Source of the DNA: Octopus vulgaris
Lineage: Eukaryota
Direction: 5' to 3'
Assembly (NCBI GenBank): GCA_951406725.2
Contig: OX597835.1
Location: forward strand, 23,994,001 to 24,058,000
Length of the DNA stretch: 64,000 bases
The translations under genes and the position numbers were made by a program. Every line of letters begins with the position of its first letter. Position 1 is the stretch's first letter. Under the pieces are notes generated by a model, which did no database searches, was not told where the DNA came from, and saw only the letters and a program-made list of their open reading frames with translations. Of the stretch, positions 12,216 through 24,927 are shown piece after piece.

Positions 12216-13564
12216 TTTATATTTGAAAAGTTTTCTGCTTTTCACTGATATATAAGTTAAATTTTTCAAGCCAAAATTTACAACCGAATAAAGTAGGATG
12301 ATTTATACATCAAGACAACTTTGAAGGAAGGAAAACTCCATATGAAATGCAGTAGGGTTTGGAATGACAGTGATGATGTCTGAATGTTTACATGCCACAT
12401 CAACTTGTATGCCTGAACAATTTGGTAACCATTATACAACATATATTTGTGTGCACATGTGTGTGTGTGTGTATTTATATTTACATCATCATCATCATTT
12501 AGTGTCTGTTTTCCATGCAGGCATGAGTTGGACAGTTTGACCAGAGCTGGGATGGGAAGCCGGAGAGCTGGACCAGGTTCCAGTCTCATTTGGCTTACTT
12601 TTTATGACCTGGATGCTCTTCCTAATGCCATACTTCTAGATACTGCATTTTCTGGCATATATTTGGATTTTTCAGACGTAGGTTTACAACCAAAAAGGGT
12701 ATATTGGCTTTATTTCTACAACAAGGTGACTATGGAGGACCAAAAGTTCCATTATGTGAAATGCAGCAGAATTTTAGAAAGACAGTGATGATGTTTGAAT
12801 GTTTGCACTGTATACTACATTGTCTTGTAGCCAGAAAATACAGCACTTTGAAAAGAAAGACAAAATTTGTACACAATGCAAACTTCTGCACACACTCACG
12901 GCAACAAAAAGAAAAAAAAAAATAGATAGAGTGTCATAAGAATTTAGGCATAATTAAATCTCAGAATGAGATTGAAACAGTAATCGCTCGATGATGTAAA
13001 GTATGGAAGCCATCTTATCATAGCTAACCACATTGGGGAGGGGGTGTTACTTTAGCTTTATAGCCCCAAGAGATCTTCGTCTCTAGCTGGCTTTAGACAC
13101 AATATCTGTGTCCTTGGAGTATTTGCAAAGGGAGGCCATCCCTTCCTCGCAAGCCTGAGTGATACGCTCGAACTAGTTTCGGGATTGCTTGAAAAAACTT
13201 GAAATAATATTTTTTTTTGAATGGTGAAACTTGTAGCAATAAATAGTTGCATAAAAATATTGGGTTAAAAAATCCCTCGTTAGGAAAAAATAAGAACATT
13301 TCTTCCAGTCAAATTCCACTCCTATTGCTGATAATGTCGTTATTAATTCCAGTTGTTTTTGTTTTTTTTGTCATTGCTATCATTTTTAGCATAAATCTTA
13401 TGTCCCTTTATGCACGTATATTTGTATGTGTGCATGTTTGTATGTATGTATGCATGCATGTATGTATGTATGTACATATGTTTGTATGTATGTATGTATG
13501 TATGTATGTATATATGTATGTATGTATGTATGTACATATGTTTGAATGTATGTATGCATGCATG

Positions 13565-13619
<55 letters not shown>

Positions 13620-13654
13620 TAGCATGGAGAACGGACGTTAAACGACGATGATGA

Positions 13655-13706
<52 letters not shown>

Positions 13707-13839
13707 ATACATGCATTCGTGTATGTATGTATATGTAAGTGTATATATATATATGTGCGTGTGTGTGTATGTATATATGTATATAAGTGTGTATGCATGT
13801 ATGTTTGTATGTAAATATGTGTTTGTATGTATGTATATG

Positions 13840-13874
<35 letters not shown>

Positions 13875-14488
13875 ATGCATGCATGTATATATGTATGTGT
13901 TTGTATGTATATATGTATACATGTATGTACATATTCATGTATGTATGCATGTATGCATGCATGTATATATGAATGAATACATTTATGCCTATACATATGA
14001 GCCAATAAGAAGGAGACAACTATATTCTTGCTAGAACTAGTAAAACAGCTGACAGTTCTGCTTGAAATCCCATGCTGTTTCAGCTGTTTCAAGGAACCCT
14101 GCCCCTGGCATCTCAGTCTTCTACAAAAAGCAGCCAAATTTTCCTTAAGCCAAACCTTACTGTTTTGTGAATGTTTATATGTAAGTTTGAATCTGCAAGC
14201 AAGATCTTTATGTCTTAGCTAGACATGCTATATATATAGCAGTCAATTCAATCCTCGATTCGTGTCTTTTTGTTGTGTGTTATTTGGATGCCATATTCCA
14301 GTATTTCTGGGTCATGTATGTCATACATTCATACATACACCTCGATTCCAACACACGTGTCAATTGTTAAATAGTTTTGTATTTATACTGAGTTATATTT
14401 GTGTATACATCATAAGTGTCATACACATCATGTTACACACACACACATATATACATGTAAACATACAAACACACACACATAATACATA

Positions 14489-14649
14489 CAGGAGTGGCTG
14501 TGTGGTAAGTAGCTTGCTTACCAACCACATGGTTCCGGGTTCAGTCCCACTGCGCGGCATCTTGGGCAAGTGTCTTCTGCTATAGCCCCGGGCCGACCAA
14601 TGCCTTGTGAGTGGATTTGGTAGACGGAAACTGAAAGAAACCTGTTGTA

Positions 14650-14698
<49 letters not shown>

Positions 14699-14912
14699 GT
14701 GTGTATATGTTTGTGTGTCTGTGTTTGTCCCCCTAGCATTGCTTGACAACTGATGCTGGTGTGTTTACGTCCTCGTCACTAAGCGCTTTGGCAAAAGAGA
14801 CCGATAGAATAAGTACTAGGCTTACAAAGAATAAGTCCCAGGATCGATTTGCTCGACTAAAGGCGGAACTCCAGCATGGCCGCAGTCAAATGACTGAAAC
14901 AAGTAAAAGAGT
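14489..14912 (+). mobile_element. SINE-A (tRNA-derived, internal TA/TG microsatellite)
   Basis: caggagtggctgtgtggtaagtagcttgcttaccaaccacatggttccgggttcagtccc head with A/B-box-like motifs; tail tgactgaaacaagtaaaagagt; about 15 copies in the window. Confidence 0.9.
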
Positions 14913-14928
14913 ATACATACATACATAC

Positions 14929-15075
14929 CAGTGCTAGATTAATGCATTAAGCAAAATAAGCACATGCTTAGGGCATCAAGGGAAGGGGAGGGGGCACCAC
15001 ATAAATGGTAAATGGTCTACGGCACAAAAGAAATCACTTTAAACTTGCTGAAATAATATTCGTAATGCCTTATCT
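14929..15075 (+). mobile_element. DNA-transposon end fragment (CAGTGCTAGATT)
   Basis: Inverted homologue of 11410-11551. Confidence 0.6.
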
Positions 15076-15107
15076 TACTATTTCTCCCCATTTAATTCTC
15101 TCACATT

Positions 15108-15155
15108 ATCTCTGATGAAGGGATACCCCTAATATCCCTGAAACAGCTGTAAGAT
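15108..15155 (+). ncRNA. Minimal type I hammerhead ribozyme (PLE-type)
   Basis: atct-CTGATGA-agggata/cccctaa/tatccct-GAAA-cagctg-TA-agat: complete core, 7-bp stem II, palindromic stem III, 4-bp stem I. Confidence 0.75.
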
Positions 15156-15239
15156 TAACTTTCTCTTTATAAATGTCCTAGAAATTTCACACTGCTTTGG
15201 CTTTGTTGTCTCATTTTATTTAACACACACACACACAAC

Positions 15240-15682
15240 AAAAAGCACTATCCGAATGTGGCTGATACCAGTGCCCACATGACTGGCTCTCATGCCAGTG
15301 ACATGTAAAAAGCACCATCCGAACATGATCAATGCCAGGCCCACCTGACTGGCTCCTGTGCCAGTGGCATGAAAAAGCACTATTTGAACATGATCGATGC
15401 TAGGGCCACCTGACTAGCTCTCATGCTGGTGACATGTAAAAAGCACTATCCGAACATGATCGATGCCCGGCCCGCCTGATTGGCTCCTGTGCTGGTGGCA
15501 TGTAAAAAGCACCCACTACACTCTCGGAGTGGTTGGCATTAGGAAGGGCATCCAGCTGTAGAAACACTACCTGATCAGATTGGAGCCTGGTGCGGCTACT
15601 GGCTCTTCAGATCTCAGTCAAACCGTCCAATCTATGCCAGCATGGAAAACGGACGTTAAATGATGGTGATGATGATGATGAT
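15240..15682 (+). mobile_element. RTE LINE 3'UTR with ~64-bp tandem units and (GAT)n tail
   Basis: 4-5 copies of taaaaagcactatccgaacatgatc..gcc..cctgactggctc; ends catgccagcatggaaaacggacgttaaatgatg. Confidence 0.8.
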
Positions 15683-15700
15683 GTTTGCCTGTCTGTCTGT

Positions 15701-15767
<67 letters not shown>

Positions 15768-15770
<3 letters not shown>

Positions 15771-16177
15771 TCTTTTTACTCTTTTACTTGTTTCAGTCAT
15801 TTGACTGTGGCAATGCTGGAGCACCACCTTTTAGTCGAGCAAATCGTCCCCAGGACTTATTTTTTGTAAGCCCAGTACTTATTCTATTGGTCTCTTTTGC
15901 CGAACCGCTAAGTTACAGGGACATGAACACACCAGCATCGGTTGTCAAGCGATGTTGGTGGGAACAAACACAGACACACAAACACACACACATATATATA
16001 TTTATACATATATAAAACAGGCTTCTTTCAGTTTCTGTCTACCAAATCCACTCACAAGGCTTTGGATGGCCCGAGGCTATAGTGGAAGACACTTGCCCAA
16101 GGTGCCACGCAGTGGGACTGAACCTGGAACCACGTGGTTGGTAAGCAAGCTACTTACCACACAGCCACTCCTGCGCC
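15768..16177 (-). mobile_element. SINE-A
   Basis: Full-length reverse copy ending ctcctgcgcc. Confidence 0.9.
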
Positions 16178-16275
16178 TATATATATATATTTATATATAT
16201 ACACACACACATAAATTATTCAGGTGGGTATTTGCAATTTACAACTGAAAGGCAACACATATAGCCATCACTAAG

Positions 16276-16433
16276 GTGACAGAGGGTGCTACTGAGCACC
16301 GGCATTGCTAGAAATAAGAGTCAAAACAACCCTTAGCCATGTGAGAGCACTTGTCTGAGTGTTCTCATGTGGCTAAGGATTGGTTTGACTTTTGTTTCTA
16401 GCAATGCCAGTGCTCACTAGCACCCTCTGTCAC
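16276..16433. repeat. 158-bp hairpin (foldback MITE-like)
   Basis: 76-bp arms with ~9 mismatches, 6-nt loop tgtctg, TA near both ends. Confidence 0.85.
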
Positions 16434-16874
16434 TCTAAATATGTGTGTGTGTGTGTGTATGTGTGTTCTTTGTGTCTGTGTTTGTCATCCCACCACTGCT
16501 TGATAACCGGCGTTGGTGTGTTTACACCCCCATAACTTAACGGTTTGGCAAAAGAGACTGATAGAGTAAATTCCAGGCTTTAAAAAAGAAATACAGGGGT
16601 CGGTCGATTCAGTCGACTTAGAGGTCAAGGCAGTGATCCAGCATGGCCACAATCTAATGACTGAAACAAAAGAAAGAAAAAAAAAAGATAAAGGATATGT
16701 TGTGTTATTGTTTCATTCACTCCCCAACACCACTGCCACCACAACCACAACCAAAACCACCACCACCACCACATACCACCACCACAACTACCACCACCAC
16801 CACCACGGCTTTCTACCAACCAAATATGTTCTTTCTTATTTGCTTATTTGTTTTCACACTTCGATTCTGCATTG

Positions 16875-16941
<67 letters not shown>

Positions 16942-17269
16942 GCACATGCACACAGAAGCACACTCACTCAAACATACATACATACATATACCAACAAAGA
17001 GGTTAGTTAATAATCTTATAAAAAGAGAGAGAGAGAGAGGGAGGGAGAGGACGGGAGGGAGAGGACGGGAGGGAGGAAGTGCAGATGAACATTTGGCTGT
17101 GGTGGTGGTGGTGGTAGGATGGGGAGGTGCCTTGACAAACCAAAGAAACCAGCTGAAAACAATAAAAGGCTATAAAAGGATTAGGGAGGATTAGGCAAAA
17201 GCCCTTACAATATAGAGAAGTAACCAGAGAAAATTGAATGAGTTCTTTCCAGTAAACAAATGGGCAGTG

Positions 17270-17315
<46 letters not shown>

Positions 17316-17531
17316 TGTGTGTGTGTGTGATGTGTATACACACATATATATATATATATAAATACATACACACACATATATATATATATACACACACACA
17401 CATATATATATATACTCACACATATATATATATATGCACACATATACTTACATATATACATACATATATATATATACACATACATATACATACATATATA
17501 TGTATACATACACACACACACACGCACATAT

Positions 17532-17910
17532 GGAGGTGCAATGGCCCAGTGGTTATGGCAGTGGACTTGCAGTCATAGGATCGCGGTTTCGATTCCCAGA
17601 CCGGGCATTGTGAGTGTTTATTGAGTGAAATCACCTAAAGCTCCACGAGCCTTCAACAAGAGGTGGTAGCGAACCCTGCAGTGCTGTTTCACCACAACTT
17701 TCTCTCACTCTTACTTCCCGATTCTGTTGTACCTGTATTTCAAGGGGTCCAGCCTTGTCACACTCTGTGTCATGTTGAATCTCCCCGAGAACTACGTTGA
17801 GGGTACACGTGTCTGTGGAGTGCTCAGCCACTTGCAAGTTAATATCATGGGCAGGCTGTTCCATTGATCGGATCAACTGGAACCCTCATTGTTGTAACCA
17901 ACAGAATGCC
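17532..17910 (+). mobile_element. SINE-C (tRNA-derived)
   Basis: ggaggtgcaatggcccagtggtta...ggtttcgattccc head; second copy at 37572-37949 on the minus strand. Confidence 0.85.
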
Positions 17911-18134
17911 GTATAAAAACCTATTAGGTAAATTTTACAATTTTTTAAATAATTATATACACAATTATAACAAAGGGTGACCTTATTGCATCACCACGCG
18001 GTGTTAGAAATAGATTTTAAAGTCTTTGTTACCACCTTAAAATCTCCGAGAATAACACATTATTGTGGACTAGTAAAAGAAAGATAATGAATCAAACTTG
18101 GTTAACCGTAGACGTGTTTCGAACTCTAAGTTAT

Positions 18135-18365
18135 AGAGCAAAGGCCAATCTATGGGATTGCCCTGGATTTTACGTCCATAAAGTGTGTAGCTTTACAGCA
18201 TATCATCAAACCCAAAAACCTGTTGGTCAATGGCCTCTTTAGAAAATGGAAGAGGAAAAGACTTTGTTACTGTCAACAACAGGGGATTGTTTCCCTTCGG
18301 CTGTTATTTACAATTGACCCTGATAACATGTGGATCCCAGGACACCAGCAGGAATTTCTTGAAGA
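18135..18365 (+). mobile_element. Possible degenerate LINE RNase H remnant
   Basis: Open frame ...ALQHIIKPKNLLV...MWIPGH, then AGI in a shifted frame (WIPGH.GI motif). Confidence 0.3.
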
Positions 18366-18367
18366 TT

Positions 18368-18449
<82 letters not shown>

Positions 18450-19330
18450 CTGTCAGTCAGACAGAGAGACAAAGAGATACAGAGATAGAGAGGTAGAGAC
18501 AAACACACATATAACTTGTTTAACATAAAATGTCAAAAACAGAAGATGCAACGATTTAATGAGAACACCAGATGAGATTCTTAACCAGAAAAAAATGTGA
18601 ACCCAGAGAGTTTGTGCTACATAAGCTTAAGGGGGAGGCACACGGGCCACTGTGTTCATAAAGTACACTTTGGAGGAATATAATTACTTCTGTGTCAGTG
18701 TGTGTGTATGTGTGTGTATGCTTATGTGTGTGTATGCTTATGTGTGTCAGTGTGTGTGTACATGTGTAAATGTGTCAGTGTGTGTGTCAGTGTATGTGTC
18801 AATGTGTGTGTGTCAGTGTGTGTGTGTGTGTCAGTGTATGTGTCAGTGTGTGTGTGTGTGTGTGTGTGTGCATGTGTGTGTGTGTGTGTCAGTGTATGTG
18901 TCTGTGTGTGTGTATGCATGTGTGTGTGTGCGTATGCATGTGCACATGTGTGTGCGTTTTCTTCAATCCTTAAACATCTGTTTACTTATGCTGCCTTGGG
19001 TGGAACAGGAGGTGGTCGTTTACTCTGGAGCAAGATCTTGTAGCCAGATGTTTCTCCTGCTGTGGATTCTTGTCCCAGATTCAAGTGATGCACTTTTCTT
19101 ATTTCACCGGGATCACTTGCCTAAGGAGGATGGTTGTGGATGACAACAACAACAACCAATGATGATGACAATGATGATGATGATTCATAATGATAATGCT
19201 GACAATGATGGTAATGATGATAATGACGATGATGACAAGGATCATGACAACTAGGGGTGTATGGCATGTTGGTGTTGGTGGTGGTGATGTGGGGGTTAGC
19301 ATCTTTGACAGAGAAACATGCTGTACTCTT

Positions 19331-19945
19331 AGGAATTGGTTATCTGCTGTTGGCTCCACCTGGCACCCAATTCTCACCTGTAGCTCCTAGTTAGCTGTTT
19401 GTATGCAACAGTAGCAGGGTGGAGGTGCATGGCTTAGTGGTTAGGGTGTTGGACTCATGATTCTAAGATTGTGGTTTCAATTCCTGGGCTGGGTGATGTG
19501 TTTTGTTCTTGAGCAAAACACTTCATTTTACGTTGCCCCAGTCCACTCAACTGGCAAAAATGAGTAATCCTGCAATGGATCAGTGTCCTGTCCAAGAAGT
19601 GAGGAATTTATTCACCATGGAAACAGAGAAACTGGCCCTTATGAGTCGGTATGACTTGAAGAGGTAGCTTTTCCTTTTTACTAACAGTAGCAGGCTAAAC
19701 CAGGAGAGGGGAGCCAACAGGAATGTAACTCTTGATGAGTTAGGGCTTGCTTACATGTGCATGTGAAGACAGGGTCCAACAGACTCTGCAGAAGAACCCT
19801 TCGTGGCTCAACACAGAAAAAAGTGGCTGTAGTAATGCATTGTGGAGTGCAGGGAGCAAGATGAAGTAAGCAAGACACGGTTTGCCATCTGCTCCATCCA
19901 CCTCCATTCCCAGTTGTCTTGACTTGGTTTTGCCATTCAATTGAA
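19331..19945 (+). mobile_element. RTE LINE 5'UTR fragment with HDV-like fold, interrupted by a SINE
   Basis: ctggcacccaattctcacctgtagctcc...ggctaaaccagg...; 11-bp stem ctgttggctcc/ggagccaacag; resembles RTE-1 5'UTRs from recall. Confidence 0.5.
19419..19682 (+). mobile_element. SINE-D (tRNA head, CORE/V-like body) with 12-bp TSD
   Basis: TSD aacagtagcagg at 19407-19418 and 19683-19694; related copies at 29897, 45918, 48640 and 56030. Confidence 0.85.
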
Positions 19946-19984
19946 GATGACCATTCAATTGTCCATGACCATTGAAGATGGTCA

Positions 19985-20635
19985 TGAGCAACCATTGGCT
20001 TGCCATGTCCCCAAACAAGTACCGAGAGTGATAAAAATCAAACATCCAGTCAACATCATGGTGTTTGGAGTGATCACTAGTGATGGTGACGTTATGTCTC
20101 GGTTCATCTTCCCACATGACCTCAGACTCAACCTGCAGACCTACATCAAGTGCTTGGAGAAGATAGTGCTGCTCTGGGACAAGAGGGTTGTTACTGGAAG
20201 ACCCTATGTCTGGTAACAGGACTTTGCACCATGCCACACAAGCAAGAGAACCTAGTCATGGTAGTCAGACAACTTCTGCAACCACATCACCCCTAACATC
20301 TGGCCACCTAACTCCCTAGACTGCAACCCCCTCCATTATTATGTGTAGAGCGCAGTTGAGTTGGAGATCAACAAAACTCCTTGTAACACCAAAGATGAAC
20401 TGAAGGCAAGGATTATGGCAGCATTCACCAACTTAAAACAAGGAGACAGTCCAGAAGAGTTGCAGGAAATTCCGAAGTCGTCTGGGGGCTGTGGTTGAAG
20501 CCAATTTTATTGAATAAATTTACTCTTTAGTATTTCAAGATATTTTTATGTAATTTTGGTAAATATATCTGTTAAAATGTCCGAGTTATTTTCATTTTTG
20601 CATAATTTAGACAACAATATATTCACTGCACCCGC

Positions 20636-20638
<3 letters not shown>
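19985..20638 (+). mobile_element. maT (DD37D) Tc1/mariner transposase remnant with 3' end
   Basis: KHPVNIMVFGVITSDG...W*QDFAPCH...WPPNSLDCNPL(H)Y; 37 residues between second D and third catalytic position; multiple stops. Confidence 0.85.
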
Positions 20639-20668
<30 letters not shown>

Positions 20669-20670
20669 AT

Positions 20671-20712
<42 letters not shown>

Positions 20713-20728
20713 TGTGCGTGTGTGTGTA

Positions 20729-20781
<53 letters not shown>

Positions 20782-20807
20782 ATGTATATGTCACAGCCAT
20801 AGCCTAC

Positions 20808-21366
20808 ACCAGTGTGGTATAACCAGCCCATTTAAAAAGTACCTTTGAATTGTTGGGCGACATGCTGTGCTTAAGGGGACCTATTGAGTCAAGTAAAATC
20901 AAAATCAAAATCAAATCAAATCACAATCAAATGGAAATTGTAGTTGTGGCCAATGCCAGTGCCACCTGACTGGCTCTCATGCTGGTGTCACGCAATAAGC
21001 ACTATTCATGTGTGAGTTGTTGCCAGTGTCGCCTGACTGGTTTCCCATGCCGGCGGCATGTGAAAAACACCATCCCAACATGCTCAATGCCAGCCCCACT
21101 GCCCTGACTGGCTGTGTCAGTAGCACATAAAAGCATCATCCGAACATGGCTGATGCCAGTGGTGCCTCACTGGCTCCTGTGCAGTGGCACATAAAAGCAC
21201 CCACTACCCTCTCAGAGTGGTTGGCATTAGGAAGGGCATCCAGCTGTAGAAACATTGCCAGATCACATTGGAGCCTGGTGCAGCCTCTTGGCTTGACAGT
21301 CCCCATTCAAACTGTCCAACCCATGCCAGCATGGAAAACGGACTTTAAACAATGATGATGATGATG
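20808..21366 (+). mobile_element. RTE LINE 3'UTR with tandem units
   Basis: Same unit and catgccagcatggaaaacgg(gat)n tail as 15240-15682. Confidence 0.8.
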
Positions 21367-21538
21367 TTAATATATATATATATATTGTTTGTAGAAAACA
21401 TAAATCTGAAAGAAAAAGCACACTCTAAGATGTAGAGCAGCATATATTCAAAATGGTGAAAGTAATCTCATAAACCGGCCTTCCCCATTTTTTCGTAAAC
21501 TCTCCCTATATATATATATATATATCTGTGTGAGTGCA

Positions 21539-21572
<34 letters not shown>

Positions 21573-21960
21573 GTGTACTGTTCTGTGATGGTAAGATCCA
21601 CAAAGAGTGCTCCACCAGGTAAGAGATAAACATTATGTAATAGACAAAGTATATATTTTTATGTGCTACTCTGAGTTTCATGGGATGAATACAATACAGA
21701 TATCATTTTATAACACGTCTGGTGCATTCATACAATCTTCAGTGTTCACATGGCATGTACAAGCTAAAACAGTTCGATATAGTGTGAGAAAATATGAGAA
21801 AAGGCGAGAAGAAGGTAGGTGTATCAATGATATCATGTGAGTGCTGACAATCATGAGTGCTGACATCTGCAAACATGTAGACCTCTTTATATTAAACATG
21901 TTGAGATCCAAGTTTCCATCCCAGGATGCTGGTCTATACTGAGAAGATGGATTGGAAGAT

Positions 21961-22190
21961 GATGTCCCATTTCAATTCAAATGGCTTCGGTTTCCAGTGA
22001 GTCCTAGTTTTGCCACGACCTTCAACAAATTGCAAGAGCAAACATTTTCGGTTGCTGTTCCCACATGGAACAGCTCTGCTTCATCCTTGGTCACATTGAC
22101 ATTGGATGTTCAAGAGTAAGAAGTTACAAAAATCTTTAAATCTTTTGCACCAAATGGGAAAATGAAGAAACTTTGTCTAGCAAAACATTA
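21961..22190 (+). mobile_element. Helitron PIF1-helicase C-terminal remnant
   Basis: DVPFQFKWLRFPVSPSFATTFNKLQEQTFSVA / ...IGCSRVRSYKNL...APNGK matches PFQFKRLQFP..FAMTINKSQGQT...YVGCSRV. Confidence 0.8.
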
Positions 22191-22882
22191 TCAGTTGCCC
22201 TAAATAATGCAAAAATTTGCCTGGATCGAGAGGCCTTTCTGTCGGAGAAGACACAATCTAATATGGAATAAGAAACATTGAAATAAAAGCTTTCTATTAT
22301 GAGACCTGCTCCACAACAATGGGCTACACAGCTAATATATATATATATATATATACTTACATACATACACACACATGCATGCAGACATAGATCTATATGT
22401 TAAGTTTGTTGACAATTTCAATAGTAAAACACATCAGGCGAAGTTTATTCTCAAAGAAAGCAAGAAATAATGGGAATCAAATTGAATGAATGATTAAGAA
22501 GATGGAACAGACTAAAGTGATACAGTAAGACAGCATACGTAGGTGCATATATATGTATGTATGTATGTACGTATTTATGTATATGTATGTGTGTGTGTAT
22601 ATGTATATATATATATATACATACATACATATTCTTATATATACATATACATACATAAGTATGTGTAAGTGCATGTGTGTGTGTGTGTGTATACAATGAT
22701 GGCATATACACTCACTGTATACTAGCTATTGAAATTCTATATATATTAATAAACTACATTAGCTGATATAATTGTATGTTTGAATATTATATTAAGGTAC
22801 AATGCAGACACCTTGTCAGGTCACATTATACACATACACCTTTATATATATGTATGTATGAATGTATCTATCTATCTATCTA

Positions 22883-22956
<74 letters not shown>

Positions 22957-22973
22957 TACTTACATTTATACGA

Positions 22974-23037
<64 letters not shown>

Positions 23038-23064
23038 ATGTATATATATATATATATATATATA

Positions 23065-23097
<33 letters not shown>

Positions 23098-23396
23098 TCT
23101 CACACATACACATATATAAGTAGACATACATACATAGACATACATGTACATATACAAAAATGCACATGCACACACAACACAAAAACACACGCGCATGTGT
23201 GCGTGTGTATGTGTGTGTGTGAGAGAGAGTAACAACGTCCCTGGACACATGCATAAGCATAACACCTACTCAGACACAGGTATACTAATGGCATATTATG
23301 TCATACCTGATCCAATCCTCGGTGGAACCTTTTAATTCACTGCATACAAAAACACCCGTGCTTCATACGTATGCACGCACAAACATACATGCATAC

Positions 23397-23436
<40 letters not shown>

Positions 23437-23463
23437 GTGTGTATGTGCGTGTGTGTTTGTGTA

Positions 23464-23505
<42 letters not shown>

Positions 23506-23612
23506 TGGAGTGATTATTGGCGAATTAAAACAAATGCTTGAAAACTATTAATTGATCTTCAACATCTCTCACTTTCTCCATTTTTCTATGTATGCATGTA
23601 TTGATCTATCTA

Positions 23613-23747
<135 letters not shown>

Positions 23748-23773
23748 GTCTGGCTGTCTGTCTGTCTGTCTGG

Positions 23774-23807
<34 letters not shown>

Positions 23808-23907
23808 GTCTATCTATCTATATATATACACACACACACATATATATATATACATACATATATATGTGTGTGTGTGTGTGTATTTTCACACGTATACATA
23901 TACGTAT

Positions 23908-23954
<47 letters not shown>

Positions 23955-24041
23955 AACACATATATAGATGATGAGATGTATGTAAAGCTAAGCCCTTTAT
24001 GGGTAACGCTATGAACTTGTCATAACTATCTTTCACTAAAG

Positions 24042-24075
<34 letters not shown>

Positions 24076-24231
24076 GCACACACAAACACACATTTACATA
24101 CATACATTCATACATACAATTTCCAGTTGTTATGTTTTTATAAAAATCCTTTAAATATTTATGTAACACAATGCACTCCTTATATTTTCTACACACACAC
24201 ATACACATATATATAAATATATATTTCTTTC

Positions 24232-24442
24232 ACTTCTTTTACTTGTTTCAGTCATTTCAATGTGGCCATGCTGGAGCACCACTTTTCGTTGAACTAATCG
24301 ACCCCCACCCCTCGGTTTTGTTCTTTGTAAGCTTAGTACTTATTCTATCGGTCACTTTTGCTGAACCGTTATATTACAGGGATGCAAACTCTCCAACATC
24401 GGTATCAAGTAATGGTGGGGGACAAACATAGACACACAAACA

Positions 24443-24490
<48 letters not shown>

Positions 24491-24680
24491 GCTTCTTTCA
24501 GTTTCTGCCTACCAAATCCACTCACAAGGCTTTGGTTGACTTGAGGCTATAGTAGAAGACACTTGCCCAAGGTGCCACGCAGTGGGACTGAACACAGAAA
24601 CATGTGGTTGGTAAGCAAGCTACCTACCACACAGCTACTCCTGCACCTGTAGCTACTTACCACACAGCCATTCCTGTGCC
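24232..24680 (-). mobile_element. SINE-A with duplicated head
   Basis: Reverse copy; ccacacagc..ctcctg repeated 2-3 times at 24625-24700. Confidence 0.85.
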
Positions 24681-24703
24681 TATACACAGTCACTCCTGCT
24701 CTT

Positions 24704-24745
<42 letters not shown>

Positions 24746-24747
24746 GA

Positions 24748-24780
<33 letters not shown>

Positions 24781-24927
24781 GATGTGTTTATTTTTCCCTT
24801 GATTACAATTAACATGGAAAAAAATAGATAAATAATTACCAGGGTAGCAAAAATTCATACAAGTAAGAAGGGCGTAACACCTTTTTAAAGGTAGAAACTC
24901 TGGGTTTACGTGAAATATTTTGTATAG

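Noticed and set aside
15240-15520. Regularly spaced ~64-bp repeats resembling a CRISPR array
   Set aside because: Whole units are homologous with no unique spacers; eukaryotic RTE 3'UTR, no cas genes
17532-17605. tRNA gene
   Set aside because: tRNA-like head continues into a SINE body with another copy at 37572-37949; no full cloverleaf
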